NCBI GenBank assembly: GCA_964016885.1
Contig: OZ024752.1
Location: 20,956,001-21,020,000 of the forward strand
Origin: Eledone cirrhosa
Lineage: Eukaryota
Length of the DNA stretch: 64,000 bases
Reading direction: 5' to 3'
The notes under the pieces are model-generated. The model had not been told where the DNA came from, ran no database searches, and saw nothing but the letters and a program-made list of their open reading frames with translations. The position numbers and the translations under genes are program-made. Below are positions 36,001 to 48,769 of this stretch, piece after piece (the first letter of the stretch is position 1; each line of letters opens with the position of its first letter).

Positions 36001-38540
36001 TATAAGATAGATTAGAGATTCTATTAGATATTCCTTTAGTGATTGAGTTTAATATGGATTTCGGGTGGTTAGACTTGGTATCTACATAAATTAGTTTTTC
36101 GTTCGCTTTATGAAAGGGTGTATATATTTGAGAGTCTAGGTAAAGGGTAGCATCAAGGAAGTTAACATTTTTAGTGATTTTGTCTATGGTGATACTTAAG
36201 TATCACCATAGACAAAAACACTAAACATATGAAGGGTAGTACTCTAATACGAATGGTAGTATCAAACTTAACTCGCACCAAAGTAGACACCAAAATATTA
36301 TAAACAGAAATACCTCAATAGATATAAAAAACAAAATCAGAAGAAGAACTAATACATTTTCAATCCCCCTTTCAATCTAAACATCTCTACCAACTTACCT
36401 AAGGCTTTCTTCTCAATCATAGAAAAAAACTTCCCATCTGGCCACAAATACCATAATCTTATAAATAAAAACACCATTAAAATATCTTACTCTACCACAC
36501 CTAACATAGTATACCATATAGCTAGTAGTAATAAAAGAAAGATTAATACTTATTTTCAACAAATTAAAACACAGCAGGAGGTAAACTTTCAGAACAACAT
36601 AATAACTACAAACCCTAATAGCAATAGTAATAATAGTAATAACACTAATGAAATCAATAACATTAGGAACGACAACCATCATAGCCCTAATACTATCCCT
36701 AGCAACCAGAATTCTACACAACATAACCGACAAGATAACATCCAAAATAAATGTAACTGTAGATCAAATAGAACCTGCCCTTTAGCTAACAACTGCTTAA
36801 TCAAGGACATCATTTACTCCTGCACGGTCAACACTAACAACTCTTCTAAAACATATATAGGCTCTACTTCGAACTACTTCAAGACGAGATACACCTCGCA
36901 CCCCCACTCTTTCAAAAAACACAATCGAACCAACTCCACTTCACTATCTAGCTACATACACTATCTGAAAACTAGGAATAGACCATATACACTTCAATGG
37001 GAAGTAGTAGGTAGGGCTGCATCGTATAAACCACCTAATAAATTGTATAACCTCTGTCTCCTAGAGACTATAATCTTTTCGAATCTTAACCTCCTAAATA
37101 AAAAATCGGAAGTGTTTGCATCGTGCCAGCACCGCTTCCGACACTCATTCCAAAGCTTTAAACCTAGTATATAACAATGTCAGATTTGAACTCATCACCA
37201 CCATTGGCACTTCACCTCTAAGACTTACCTTCCACCGCTGCATCACACTCTTTGATCCACCCTTTCCTCTACACAAATCATTTTTATATATATCTTTATA
37301 CTCTAGAAATATTCTTATAGTCACCACCTTTTACTATAATTACTTTAGATTACTTATAATTATATAGTGATTGAAATATATATATATATACAATATACAA
37401 TATATATAAACTTTAAATATTAAATGTAACAATGAATTATATATACATTTATAATTAAATGTATAAATTAATAATAACATTGTATATAAAGGATTAATTT
37501 ATTAACATAAGGGATTCATCTAACTTAAATGTAATATGGAACAATGAATTATATATACGTTTATAATTAGATGTATAAATTAATAACATTGTATATAAAG
37601 GATTAATTTATTTACTCAAGAGATGTATCTAATTTATCATGCACACAGCTATACGGTATTCCATATCTTACCAAATATTGTGTAGACAACAATCTAATGA
37701 AACCTTTAATATATTATGAGAGAGTAGAATATTTAAAATTAAATATAAATATATAACTTTTTATATAAGGGATTCAATTGAGGCACTATATAATGTCTAT
37801 TAGAGCAAGGAATTTAATTATTATAATGAGCTAGTTACCTCCCCTTACGCATTAGCTCCTCTTAATTCCATATCCACTTCCGGATATTAAACCGTTGAAA
37901 ATTCTCGCAGTTAAATAACTCTAATCCATAAATATGGATTAAATAACACTAAGTTACAATCCATTACTATAACAAACATTCAATACAAATATATCTTAAC
38001 TTTGTGAAATCTGTAACTTTCATATTCTACACACATACAAATTTGAACTAATCAGAAAATATCCTCGCATTGCATCCACCATAATACATTAACATATTCG
38101 CTTAAAGTTGTTGTATTTTATGTAATACCATGCCATACAGTACTCATATATGCATGATACATTTGCTTGTTCCATTCCTTTATATATGACTAACGCATGT
38201 ACTATCTCTCTAATTTAATTATTAGACTATTCTCTTGTATTATCTGTATTATCTGACGCATGTATTCCACCCTATGCTTTTTTTAAATTTTAATCTTAAT
38301 TTGAATTATTGTACAATTCTCGTATAATATAATATATGTCGCATCCATTACACACTGTAAACATGAAACTGTTGTCCACAACATCAATATATATGTATCT
38401 GTATGATTCTTCAGTTGAATAGGAGGTTAATTATATGTACAAACATTGATAATGCTCCGAGGACTCCAAGCCTAAGTTTGGAAGAAACAATTGTCAGCGA
38501 TTAAATGTTTTAAACATAACTTTGATACTTGTGTATTCTA
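36001..38540 (+). mobile_element. Hydra-clade-like PLE family F, degenerate, with an inverted RT segment (36001-36200)
   Basis: Minus: VNFLDATL..PFHKANEKLIYVDTKSNHPKSI; plus: FPSGHKYHNLINKNTIKISYS, CNCRSNRTCPL, IIYSC..YIGSTS, NLCLLE; HHR near the 3' end. Confidence 0.8.
38441..38510 (+). ncRNA. Type I hammerhead ribozyme with CCGAGGA core variant (family F)
   Basis: aaacatt..taatgct-CCGAGGA-c-tccaag-cctaag-tttgga-a-GAAA-caattg-TC-agcgatta.aatgttt. Confidence 0.7.
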
Positions 38541-38579
38541 TATATATATATGTATGTATATATATATGTATATATATAT

Positions 38580-39072
38580 GTAAGCACTGGGAAGCATGCG
38601 CTAGCGACCGATCGCATTGGAGGATGCAGTGGCTAGTGGCAAGAGCCTATTTGAGGAAACAAGAAGAAGGCACTCGATACGAAAAAGAGATGTCCGGAAA
38701 GGAATCAATGTTGGCCTTCCTGAAGGCACTGACAGACATGTGAGACCTGTAATAGGGTTTGTCTGAGCATGGCAGGTCTAAAGAGTCACCTGAGAGTGCA
38801 CAAGAACAGGGAAGCAGGCACCTGTGGAGCTATAAGTGTTTATCAGACAACGACATGTAATGTTTGTGGAAGGGTATGCAGGTCGAGTAGTGATCTCACA
38901 CGACACCTTGGGTCACATGGTACCATGGGCCCAACACTAGGTGTCAATAATTGTCACAAGTGTTGTGTTTGTACCAGAGTTTTCAAGTAGCTGGCTGGAC
39001 TAAAAAGCGACACTCGTTCAGCGCATCGGTAGGAGTTCTCCTGCATGGATATGAAGTAGTGGCCGTACTCGA
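38580..39072 (+). mobile_element. RTE-like LINE 3' end with C2H2 zinc-finger remnants
   Basis: [56 protein letters not shown]. Confidence 0.65.
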
Positions 39073-39197
39073 GTATATATATATGTATATATATATGTAT
39101 ATATATATATATATGTATATATATATGTATATATATGTATATATATATATGTATATATATATGTATATATATGTATATATATATATGTATATATATG

Positions 39198-39230
<33 letters not shown>

Positions 39231-39231
39231 G

Positions 39232-39278
<47 letters not shown>

Positions 39279-39339
39279 GTATATATATATGTATATATAT
39301 ATGTATATATATATGTATATATATATATTTATATATATA

Positions 39340-39420
<81 letters not shown>

Positions 39421-39489
39421 GTATATATATATATGTATATATATGTATATATATATATATGTATATATATGTATATATATATATATATA

Positions 39490-40190
39490 CATATTACATG
39501 CGGCTAGATACTCTTATAGGAATTATTTTGGATCAAGGCGGATGGGGCGGGTAAATTCATTACCTCACGCATACTATACCTTCCATTATCCAGGACATAC
39601 GCCCATTGGAATGCAATAGTATTCATCAGTGAACAAATACTCGACTAATTGAAGTTCCATACAAGGGGAGCGTAGATGGGTTGAAGGATTAAGGAGTCAA
39701 AGAGTTGAAGGAGTTCTATGGAGTTATAAAGGAGGAGTGATACCCAGCCTATATAGTTAACTGGCTTAAAGTAGTAGTAGGAAGTAAGGATCATGCGTGG
39801 ACAAGAAGAAAATATCTCAGATTTTCTATTGAGTAAGTTGCATCTAGAGTATATTATGGCATGAGACTCTAGAAGGCACAGGTTACATGTTCTACTCGGT
39901 GTGCTATATGGTGTAGAGTTAGTCACCAATCACCAATTAAGGGTATAAGTAATACCAGCATTTTTTAATTCGGAAACATACCCGGCCAAAGAGGTGGTAT
40001 GCTTGAGCCTATCATATCTAAATGTGTAATTATGGGAGTTGTATCTAGTCTTAAAGGAGGTAGAGGTTGAGCCAATGTAAGTTTTGGTAGAGGTAGCCGT
40101 TATAACATCGCATGCATAAACTATATTCCTCATGAGGCAGTTGCCCTTCAAAGGCCAACTATCTCTCCGTCTACAAACAGTACAGAGAAG
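39490..40190 (-). mobile_element. Hydra-clade-like PLE family G, GIY-YIG fragment plus 3' region
   Basis: PLKGNCLMRNIVYAC..YIGSTSTSFKTRYNSH, CNLCLLES..NRKSEIFSSCP. Confidence 0.8.
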
Positions 40191-40963
40191 TACGGAATAC
40201 CTTGGCCTGGGGATGGTGTCTACATTTTGTGCTTATAAAAAAAAATTGTAGATTACCAGAGGTTTAACTTAATTGGGTGCCTGAGAGGAAAATGTTCAAC
40301 CCACGAAATCCAAGACGATAGGGTTAAGTAAAAAGGCATTTGATAAACCGAACATGTATTTGTTGTGTTATGGTACAATGAAAGCAATAATTACAGAGCA
40401 GTAAGCATGTGGGACTGCAGTGGTGGAGAGCATGAAGGAATTTAGTTGGATACTTTTAAGGTTACAGGCCCTAACACAAACAAAATGCTAAACAATGTGT
40501 TCCCTGGGCAAAAATTTGAAATCTTTTTCAGTCAAGAAAATTTGTGAAACATAAGTAATGCATATGCAAAATTCTTTTTAAATCGGTTGGGTACTTCTCG
40601 AGTTACAGGCCCTAACGCAACCAAAATGCTTCAAAAATCGGTTTTTCGCCTAATGCGGTTCCTGGGGCAAAAAAATGAGAAAATCGTTTTTGCTCAAAGC
40701 ACTTTAAACGACATAAGTAATGCAAATTTTGAAGAAATCGCCTGGATTATTGATCCGTTATGCCTCAAAAAAGCCTTTAAAGCCCGAAATATGCGGTTTT
40801 TCGCCTAATGCGGCCCCTAGGGCGTTGAAAATTGGAAATATTTTGTGCTCAAAACACTCACATGACCATAAGTATTACATGTGTAAAGTTTTTAAAAAGT
40901 TGGTTGGGTGGTTCTCAAGTTTTAGGGGGACAGACTGACATTCTCTGTTTTAGATATATAGAT
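40190..40963 (+). mobile_element. Unclassified non-autonomous repeat, possibly Helitron-derived
   Basis: Internal repeats gttacaggccctaac (40461, 40602) and ggtttttcgcctaatgcgg (40640, 40795); ends acagactgacattctctgttttagatatatagat. Classification is by resemblance only. Confidence 0.3.
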
Positions 40964-41470
40964 TACTGTTGAAAATATATAGTATAGTATTACTGTTGAA
41001 AATATATAGTGTAGTATTACTGTTGAAAATATACAGTATAGTATTACTGTTGAAAATATATAGTATTACTTTTAAAAATATATAGTACAGTATTACTGTT
41101 AAAAATATATAGTATAGTATTACTGTTGAAAATATATAGTATAGTATTACTGTTGTAAATATACAGTATAGTATTACTTTTGAAATATATAGTATTACTG
41201 TTGAAAATATATAGTATAGTACAGTATTACTGTTGAAAATATATAGTATAGTGTTACTGTTGAAAATATATAGTACTGTATTACTGTTAAAATATATAGT
41301 ATAGTACTACTGTTGAAAAAATATAGTGTAGTACAGTATTACTGTTGAAAATATATAGTGTAGTATAGTATTACTGTTGAAAATATGTAGTACGGTATTA
41401 CTGTTGAAAATATATAGTACAGTACTACTGTTGAAAATATATAGTACAGTATTACTGTTGAAAATATGTA
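40962..41470. repeat. Minisatellite, 26-36 bp unit tattactgttgaaaatatatag(tatag/tacag)n, about 16 copies
   Basis: Direct inspection. Confidence 0.92.
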
Positions 41471-41629
41471 CACGAATATATAATTATATATATAATTAAT
41501 TAAAAGTTAAGTCAATGCAGACATGCAGACATACAGACAGATATTATAAGGAGGCGACGTTATAGCTATGTATCTATCTAAAAAGACAGAGTAAGAAAGA
41601 GAGAGTATTATCTATATTATAGATAATAC

Positions 41630-41820
41630 GGGCGGTGGATTGGCAGTATCGGTAGAGGGTCGGACGCCATGCTTTCCGGCATAGTTACGTCCCTTTACGA
41701 TCTGAGTTCAAATCCCGCCGAGGTTGACTTTGCCTTTCATCCTTACGGGGTCGATAAAATAAAGTACCAGTAATGCACCTTGTAATTGCTGGCCTTGTGC
41801 CTAAAGTAGAAACAATTATA
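41630..41820 (+). mobile_element. tRNA-derived SINE
   Basis: A-box-like tggcagtatcggtag, B-box gagttcaaatcc, core gactttgcctttcatccttacggggtcgataaaataaagtaccagt; second copy at 53118-53300. Confidence 0.85.
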
Positions 41821-42404
41821 TATATTATAGATAATAAAGTAACAGTAATGTAGTCAGCTTTAATAAAATAGATAGAGATTGACAATATACACATAAATTT
41901 AATCCATGATACAATAAAATAAAAGACGATATTATATATAAACTACAAAATATATCAATGTTAATTTAAGCGATCGTTAACCGGAAGTGTTGACATTTGA
42001 AAATTTTAACGAAGTGAATCTTTAAATAAACAATAAAATATCTTTAATCAAGAATAACAAAATTTAGTAGACAAAAGTACCCTCACTTTCTTCCTTGGAA
42101 AACGTTACATCTATGGTGCAAATTTGGTGCTGTTTGGTCCAGCCGTTTTGCCAAAACCTTGTTACGTACATACATACGGCCGTTAGCTTTATTAATATAT
42201 ATATATATATATATATGTAGATAAATCTACCAAGAGTTTACGGTAGTGTCCAATCCGTATGAAGAACTCAATGTATTCCGGATATCATGGAAAGAAGAGA
42301 TGTAATGAAAATCCAATTTCGGTGAAAGATAAACGGTATACAGAGTCAAGATAAAATATTAAACAAATAATGAACAAACAATTCCTTATATTAAACAAAA
42401 AAAG

Positions 42405-42559
42405 TTCACTATTTAACGATCGTTTCTAGGGCATATATGTGTTATAGTTGGTATGCATATTTAACAGATCTATGTACAAAATTATACAAAATTATACAAA
42501 TTATCAAGATTAAATATACATACCTAACTCATATATACGCCGTCTTCAGAAATAATGAA
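42405..42559 (-). ncRNA. Long-stem-II hammerhead ribozyme (inverted arm of copy B)
   Basis: Reverse complement of 52028-52182. Confidence 0.7.
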
Positions 42560-43332
42560 GTATATTTATTGATAATAACAACAATTCAAAATATCAGTTC
42601 AAAATTGACCAATGAAAACACAAAGGGTTAAAAAGCAGTTTGGTGTGTGTATATACATGTAAAACCCTACACACATTTTACAATAATGTGTGTATAATTT
42701 GTATGTGCATACTAAAAAGATGGATGCAAATAAAAAATTTCAAGGTTAATATCTCTGTAAGCTTAATGCGCTGATAAGATACGCAATGATACTTATGGAG
42801 TCAAGCATATAAATATATTTTTTTCATACTCACACATATCAGTATAATCACACATACATGTGCGTATATATATAAAAATATACACATAACCACGAACACA
42901 CAAACACACACACTCCCCCACTCACATTTATATATGTGGATATAAAATCATAAGCAAATAGAAATTAAGTCACTCACATAAACACACTGGTACACACATT
43001 TCAAGATCAAGATACAGAAATTAGGTGGGAGGGGGGGGGGAGGGGTCAGTATTAGATTGTCAGACCAGACAGCCTAATATAAATGTATCTATAAATTATG
43101 AAAAATAAAAAAATAAAAACAATAAAATATAATACATATAATATAATGTACATACGCATACAGATATACATACACATACATACATGTACGCGCACATAGA
43201 GATATCTACACATACATACATACACACATACCTATACTGTCATACACACACATACATTTACACGAACATACACATACACATATAAAAAAAGATATAAATA
43301 CGGACACACACACGCGCAACACATACACACAT

Positions 43333-43379
<47 letters not shown>

Positions 43380-43488
43380 TATACACACACACATAGACTC
43401 ATATATATATACATACACATACATACACTTATACACAAACATATATACCCCACACTCATACCACCATAAAAACACATACAAACATCCA

Positions 43489-43539
<51 letters not shown>

Positions 43540-43750
43540 ACATACACACACGTACACATATATGTATATATACACATACACATATACACACATACACATA
43601 TATATATACACACACACATAAAATACAGACATGCACATATATATATATATATATATATTTCATTACTCTTATATATACACATAGTATATATACATACACA
43701 ACCTCACTTATACACATATACACATAAGTTATATTACAATAATAATAAAG

Positions 43751-43787
<37 letters not shown>

Positions 43788-43926
43788 TATACACACATAT
43801 ACACATATACATACATATACATACATACACATACATACATACACATACATACATACACCTAAATATAAACATATATAAATACACACATACGAATAAAGAC
43901 ATATATTCACACATAGACACCTATAT

Positions 43927-43962
<36 letters not shown>

Positions 43963-46327
43963 ATATACACACACATACACATACATACACATATATATAT
44001 ATATACACATATACACACACGCACACACATACAGACACACATACACACTCACATATATATATATATATATATATATATGTGTATGTGAGTGTGCGCAAAT
44101 ACATATATATATATACACACACACATACAAACACACACAAACACATACATATGCATACGTGCACACACACACACATATATCACATAGATACGAAGATAAA
44201 CATATAAATAGAGAGACATACAAATATATACAGAACCCATATACACATACATACAAACACGCATATACATATATATACATATATACACACATATATATTC
44301 CTATATACAAGCATACACATACACACACATATATACATATACATACACATATACATACCACACATTCACATACACGTACATATATAATACATATATATAC
44401 ATATATATACATACATATGTATGTACAATCATATATACACACTCAATCTTACATTCATATTTACATGCTCATATATGTATTTTTATATTTAGAAATAAAT
44501 ACCAAAAAAATTATATAGACACCCATCTACACATATATTCATACATATACACTTACAAAAACAGATGATAATAGTATGGGGGAAAGGGGGGGTTTGGAGA
44601 AGGGGATCAAAATAAATATATGTTTCAAGAAACATATAATATTTTCCATATCTTAATTCAATGTATGTTCTTACATATTTTCAGTGCTAGGAAATACGAA
44701 ATCTATGCATCACAAAATAAAAAAGTATACCATTAATCATATGTCAACTAAACCAAAGATAGTCAACATATTGATTTCCAAGGTGTAAATTAGTTAGGTT
44801 TATAATATTTGAAGCAGAATTATGAAGTCAAACAGTAGTAGATTATTAATTACATTATAACTAAATTAAAGTTAATAACGTTATGGTATCAATATTAGGA
44901 GATGAATTTAGTAATAGGGAAAAGAAACCCAAATAAAAATAAAATAAAGTATTACATCGGTAGTAGCTTATAAATTTTATGTTAACTAAGTTAAAAATTA
45001 TATATTTATTTCAATAGTATATGTTAATTAGTATATGTTAATTAGGTATACAATACATAAAGCAGATATTGTATTTCATCAATAGCATAATATAATTATA
45101 TGCAAATAAAAATCAAAATTAATACGCATACATATACATATACATACACATACACATACATATACATATACATACACATATATATATATATATATACATA
45201 TATATACACATACATACATATATAGTCACATAAATATACATACAGATACACATACAACACACACATATACATATACATATAGATATACATATCTTTTTCA
45301 AAAAATTTGCACAGAATATATTAACTAGGTATATATCCAAAAACACCTCCCATTCTATGATTACATGACATTCTGCAATTCGTCTGTACAAGGATACTAA
45401 TTTTAAGCAAATTAAAATTAAAATTAAAGTTTTAGGTTGATTAAAGCTAAAACCAAATAATAAATATATTTCCAAAATGTATATTAATTAGGTCAATAAT
45501 ACTAAAAATTCTTTCTCCGTCATAGGATACATGATATTATTTTGTTATATTTTATCTGTAAAAGAATTATAATAAAAAAAATTTATAATAAAAAAAATTA
45601 TAATAAAAGGTTAAACTAAATTAAAAAATTATAATAAAAGGTTAAAATAAGTTAAAATTAATCTATAAATTAAATTACTGAATATATATTAGTAATATTT
45701 AAAGGTTTTTCAAAATTAATGATTACATAATATTTTCTCATCTGTAATAAAATATTAATTAAATTAAATTTATAGGTTAACTAACATTTAAATTAAATTA
45801 AATTCTAGAATAATGTTATTAATTAGGTTTATAATATTTAAATGTTTTTTTTAGTTTATGATTACACGATATAATTAATTCCTGTCTTTTATTTAATAAG
45901 ATATCTCTAGACTTCATAGATCTGTTAAATATGCATACCAACTATAACACATATATGCCCTAGAAACGATCGTTAAATAGTGAACTTTTTTTGTTTAATA
46001 TAAGGAATTGTTTGTTCATTATTTGTTTAATATTTTATCTTGACTCTGTATACCGTTTATCTTTCACCGAAATTGGATTTTCATTACATCTCTTCTTTCC
46101 ATGATATCCGGAATACATTGAGTTCTTCATACGGATTGGACACTACCGTAAACTCTTGGTAGATTTATCTACATAATTTTGCTCCTATTTTCACGGAAAT
46201 ATTCGTATTTTTGTACTGTATGTGTGTATTAATTTTATATTTATGTATAAACATATATATATGTATGATTTTGTAAACCCATATACATTTAGTTGAGCTC
46301 TTTCAATTGTCCATCATCCATATCACA

Positions 46328-48769
46328 ATGGAAAAACAATATTTAGGAACCTCCTTAAAAAACATACCAATACCTTCTAAGGACGAATTCTTACTCCTTA
46401 TGATTCAGAAAACTAATAATTTTATCAGAAGGGTTAGATGGAGAGCCTACCACTTTGATAGAAAATCTAAACAAGCAGATCGGAAATATATGTATGATTT
46501 CAACACTTACAAGAATCCACCACACAACTTTTTACTTGAAGACTTCGAGAAAGACCTTTTTAATTTAATTAAACACCTCAAATTTAAAAAGTATAAATCC
46601 GTCTTTCAAAAGGACCTTGATTCTACCCTATTGGACCTAAAAAAGTCTAAAAAAATCCATGTCCACTCGGACAAAACTGGTAACTTGTATCATATGGATA
46701 TTGAACATTATAATGAGTTCATATATAAAGAACTCAGAAAAAATTATAAAAAATCTAATAATGCGTCACTCACCAACATCAACAACAAAACACACAACAT
46801 AGTAAAAAAACTAAATATTGAAGATAGAACTGAACCTTTGGCATTGAGAAGTCCACACTTCAACCTGAAAGATCACAAATCTAACTTTAACTCTAATCCT
46901 TCTATTAGACTTATATGTCCCTCCAAATCAGATATTGGAATAATTAGCAAAAAAATTTTAGATAGAGTCATCCCACAAATAAGAAAATACGTTATTTTAC
47001 CACTCTGGGAAAACACCTCCCAGGTAATTAATTGGTTTAAAAATATTAGGTGTAAATCTTCTGCTTCTTTCCTACAGTTTGATATAGATAATTATTATTC
47101 TTCTATATCACCCATACTCCTGAACAAAGCATTAATATTCGCTAAAAATAGATCTAATTTAACTTCGGATGACATTAACATTATTACACATGCTAGACAA
47201 ACACTTATTGAATTTCAGAATGAATACTGGACCAGAAACACTTATAGTAATCTTTTTGATATTACTATGGGTTCAAGCGATTCTGCCCAAATTACTGATC
47301 TTGTGGGCCTCTTTCTCCTTTTCAACATAAATGCCTCTTTTCCCCACCTCAAAGGTGGTTTATATCGTGATGACTGTCTTCTTCTTTCTAACAACCTTAG
47401 CCTTTCAGAAATCGAAAAAAACAAAAAGCATATTAGAACTTTCCTTAAAGACTATTATAATCTTAATATTACTTTTGAAAAAACAAGTAAAGTAGTAAAT
47501 TTCCTAGATATAACTTTAGATTTAGCTACGGGTATATACCAACCTTACCATAAACCTAACCAAAACTTACATTACATACACTCACAATCTAATCACCCTA
47601 AATCTATCCTTAAAAACCTTGCATATAATATATCACTTAGAATTTCTAACCTTTCTTCTAACCAAGATGTATTTGATAAAAATGCGACCTTTTATAATGA
47701 AGCTCTAGATAGAAGTGGCCACAAAAATAGATTAGAGTATATACCTTCCACTAAAAATACTGAAAGCATACAGCATAATATTACCAACAAACACCAAATG
47801 AAAAGTACACACCTAAATGCCACCCACAGTATACCCCAAAATACTAAATCTTCTAATATAAAGTATAGTAACCCTCAAAAAACTACTCATCATAAGACTA
47901 TAATAAATATTAATAATAAAACTCCTAATAAAAAAGATAAAACACCTAAATCTACAAATATAACTAAAAATAGTTGTGGTGAGATCATTAACATTATTCC
48001 TCCTAGTAAAAATCATGATACAACATATAAAAATAATAAAAATAATAAACAACATAGAAACCGTAATAGACGAGTTACTTGGTATAATGCTCCTTTTAAT
48101 TTACAAGTTAAGGATAATATTGCTAAAAAATTTTTTTATATCCTTGAGAAAAACTTCCCGCCAAACCACAAATACCATCAAATCTTAAATAGGTCTACAG
48201 TTAAATTCTCATATTCTACAACAAATAACATAAAACAAAATATAAGTGCATATAATGCATATAAATGTAAGAAAACTATAAGTATACCACCATTACATCA
48301 AATTAACAATAATATCTCCTCAAATACAGAATTAACGAAAGGATGTAACTGTAGAAACAAAACAAACTGCCCATTAAAAGGGAATTGTCTTGTTAACAAC
48401 ATAGTCTATAAATGTAATGTTAAAACTAAAGATTCTATTTGCTCATATATAGGAGCTACCTCTAACAATTTTAAGACAAGGTATAATACCCACAAACATA
48501 GCTTTAAAAATGCCGCACTGGCTAATACAACATCTCTAGCAGAAAAAATCAATAGTTATAAAAATAAAAATATAAAATATGATTTGACCTGGAGTGTGCT
48601 CAAAAGAGCCACCCCTTATCAAAATAATAGAAAGGAATGTAGATTATGTTCCCAAGAACTATTTGAAATAATGAAGTCTAGAGATATCTTATTAAATAAA
48701 AGACAGGAATTAATTATATCGTGTAATCATAAACTAAAAAAAACATTTAAATATTATAAACCTAATTAA
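46328..48769 (+). CDS. Intact PLE reverse transcriptase-GIY-YIG endonuclease (family B)
   Basis: Uninterrupted ORF from MEKQYLG: SLKNIPIP, SDKTGN, LKDHK, QFDIDNYYSSI, FDITMGSSDSAQITDLVG, GGLYRDD, NFLDITL, CNCRNKTNCPL, IVYKC..YIGATSNNFKTRYNTH, CRLC..NKRQELIISCNH. Confidence 0.95.
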   Translation: MEKQYLGTSLKNIPIPSKDEFLLLMIQKTNNFIRRVRWRAYHFDRKSKQADRKYMYDFNTYKNPPHNFLLEDFEKDLFNLIKHLKFKKYKSVFQKDLDSTLLDLKKSKKIHVHSDKTGNLYHMDIEHYNEFIYKELRKNYKKSNNASLTNINNKTHNIVKKLNIEDRTEPLALRSPHFNLKDHKSNFNSNPSIRLICPSKSDIGIISKKILDRVIPQIRKYVILPLWENTSQVINWFKNIRCKSSASFLQFDIDNYYSSISPILLNKALIFAKNRSNLTSDDINIITHARQTLIEFQNEYWTRNTYSNLFDITMGSSDSAQITDLVGLFLLFNINASFPHLKGGLYRDDCLLLSNNLSLSEIEKNKKHIRTFLKDYYNLNITFEKTSKVVNFLDITLDLATGIYQPYHKPNQNLHYIHSQSNHPKSILKNLAYNISLRISNLSSNQDVFDKNATFYNEALDRSGHKNRLEYIPSTKNTESIQHNITNKHQMKSTHLNATHSIPQNTKSSNIKYSNPQKTTHHKTIININNKTPNKKDKTPKSTNITKNSCGEIINIIPPSKNHDTTYKNNKNNKQHRNRNRRVTWYNAPFNLQVKDNIAKKFFYILEKNFPPNHKYHQILNRSTVKFSYSTTNNIKQNISAYNAYKCKKTISIPPLHQINNNISSNTELTKGCNCRNKTNCPLKGNCLVNNIVYKCNVKTKDSICSYIGATSNNFKTRYNTHKHSFKNAALANTTSLAEKINSYKNKNIKYDLTWSVLKRATPYQNNRKECRLCSQELFEIMKSRDILLNKRQELIISCNHKLKKTFKYYKPN

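Noticed and set aside
40962-41470. CRISPR-like array
   Set aside because: Head-to-tail minisatellite without spacers.
41630-41730. tRNA gene
   Set aside because: A/B boxes are present, but it continues into a SINE body and tail, has a second dispersed copy and shows no convincing cloverleaf.
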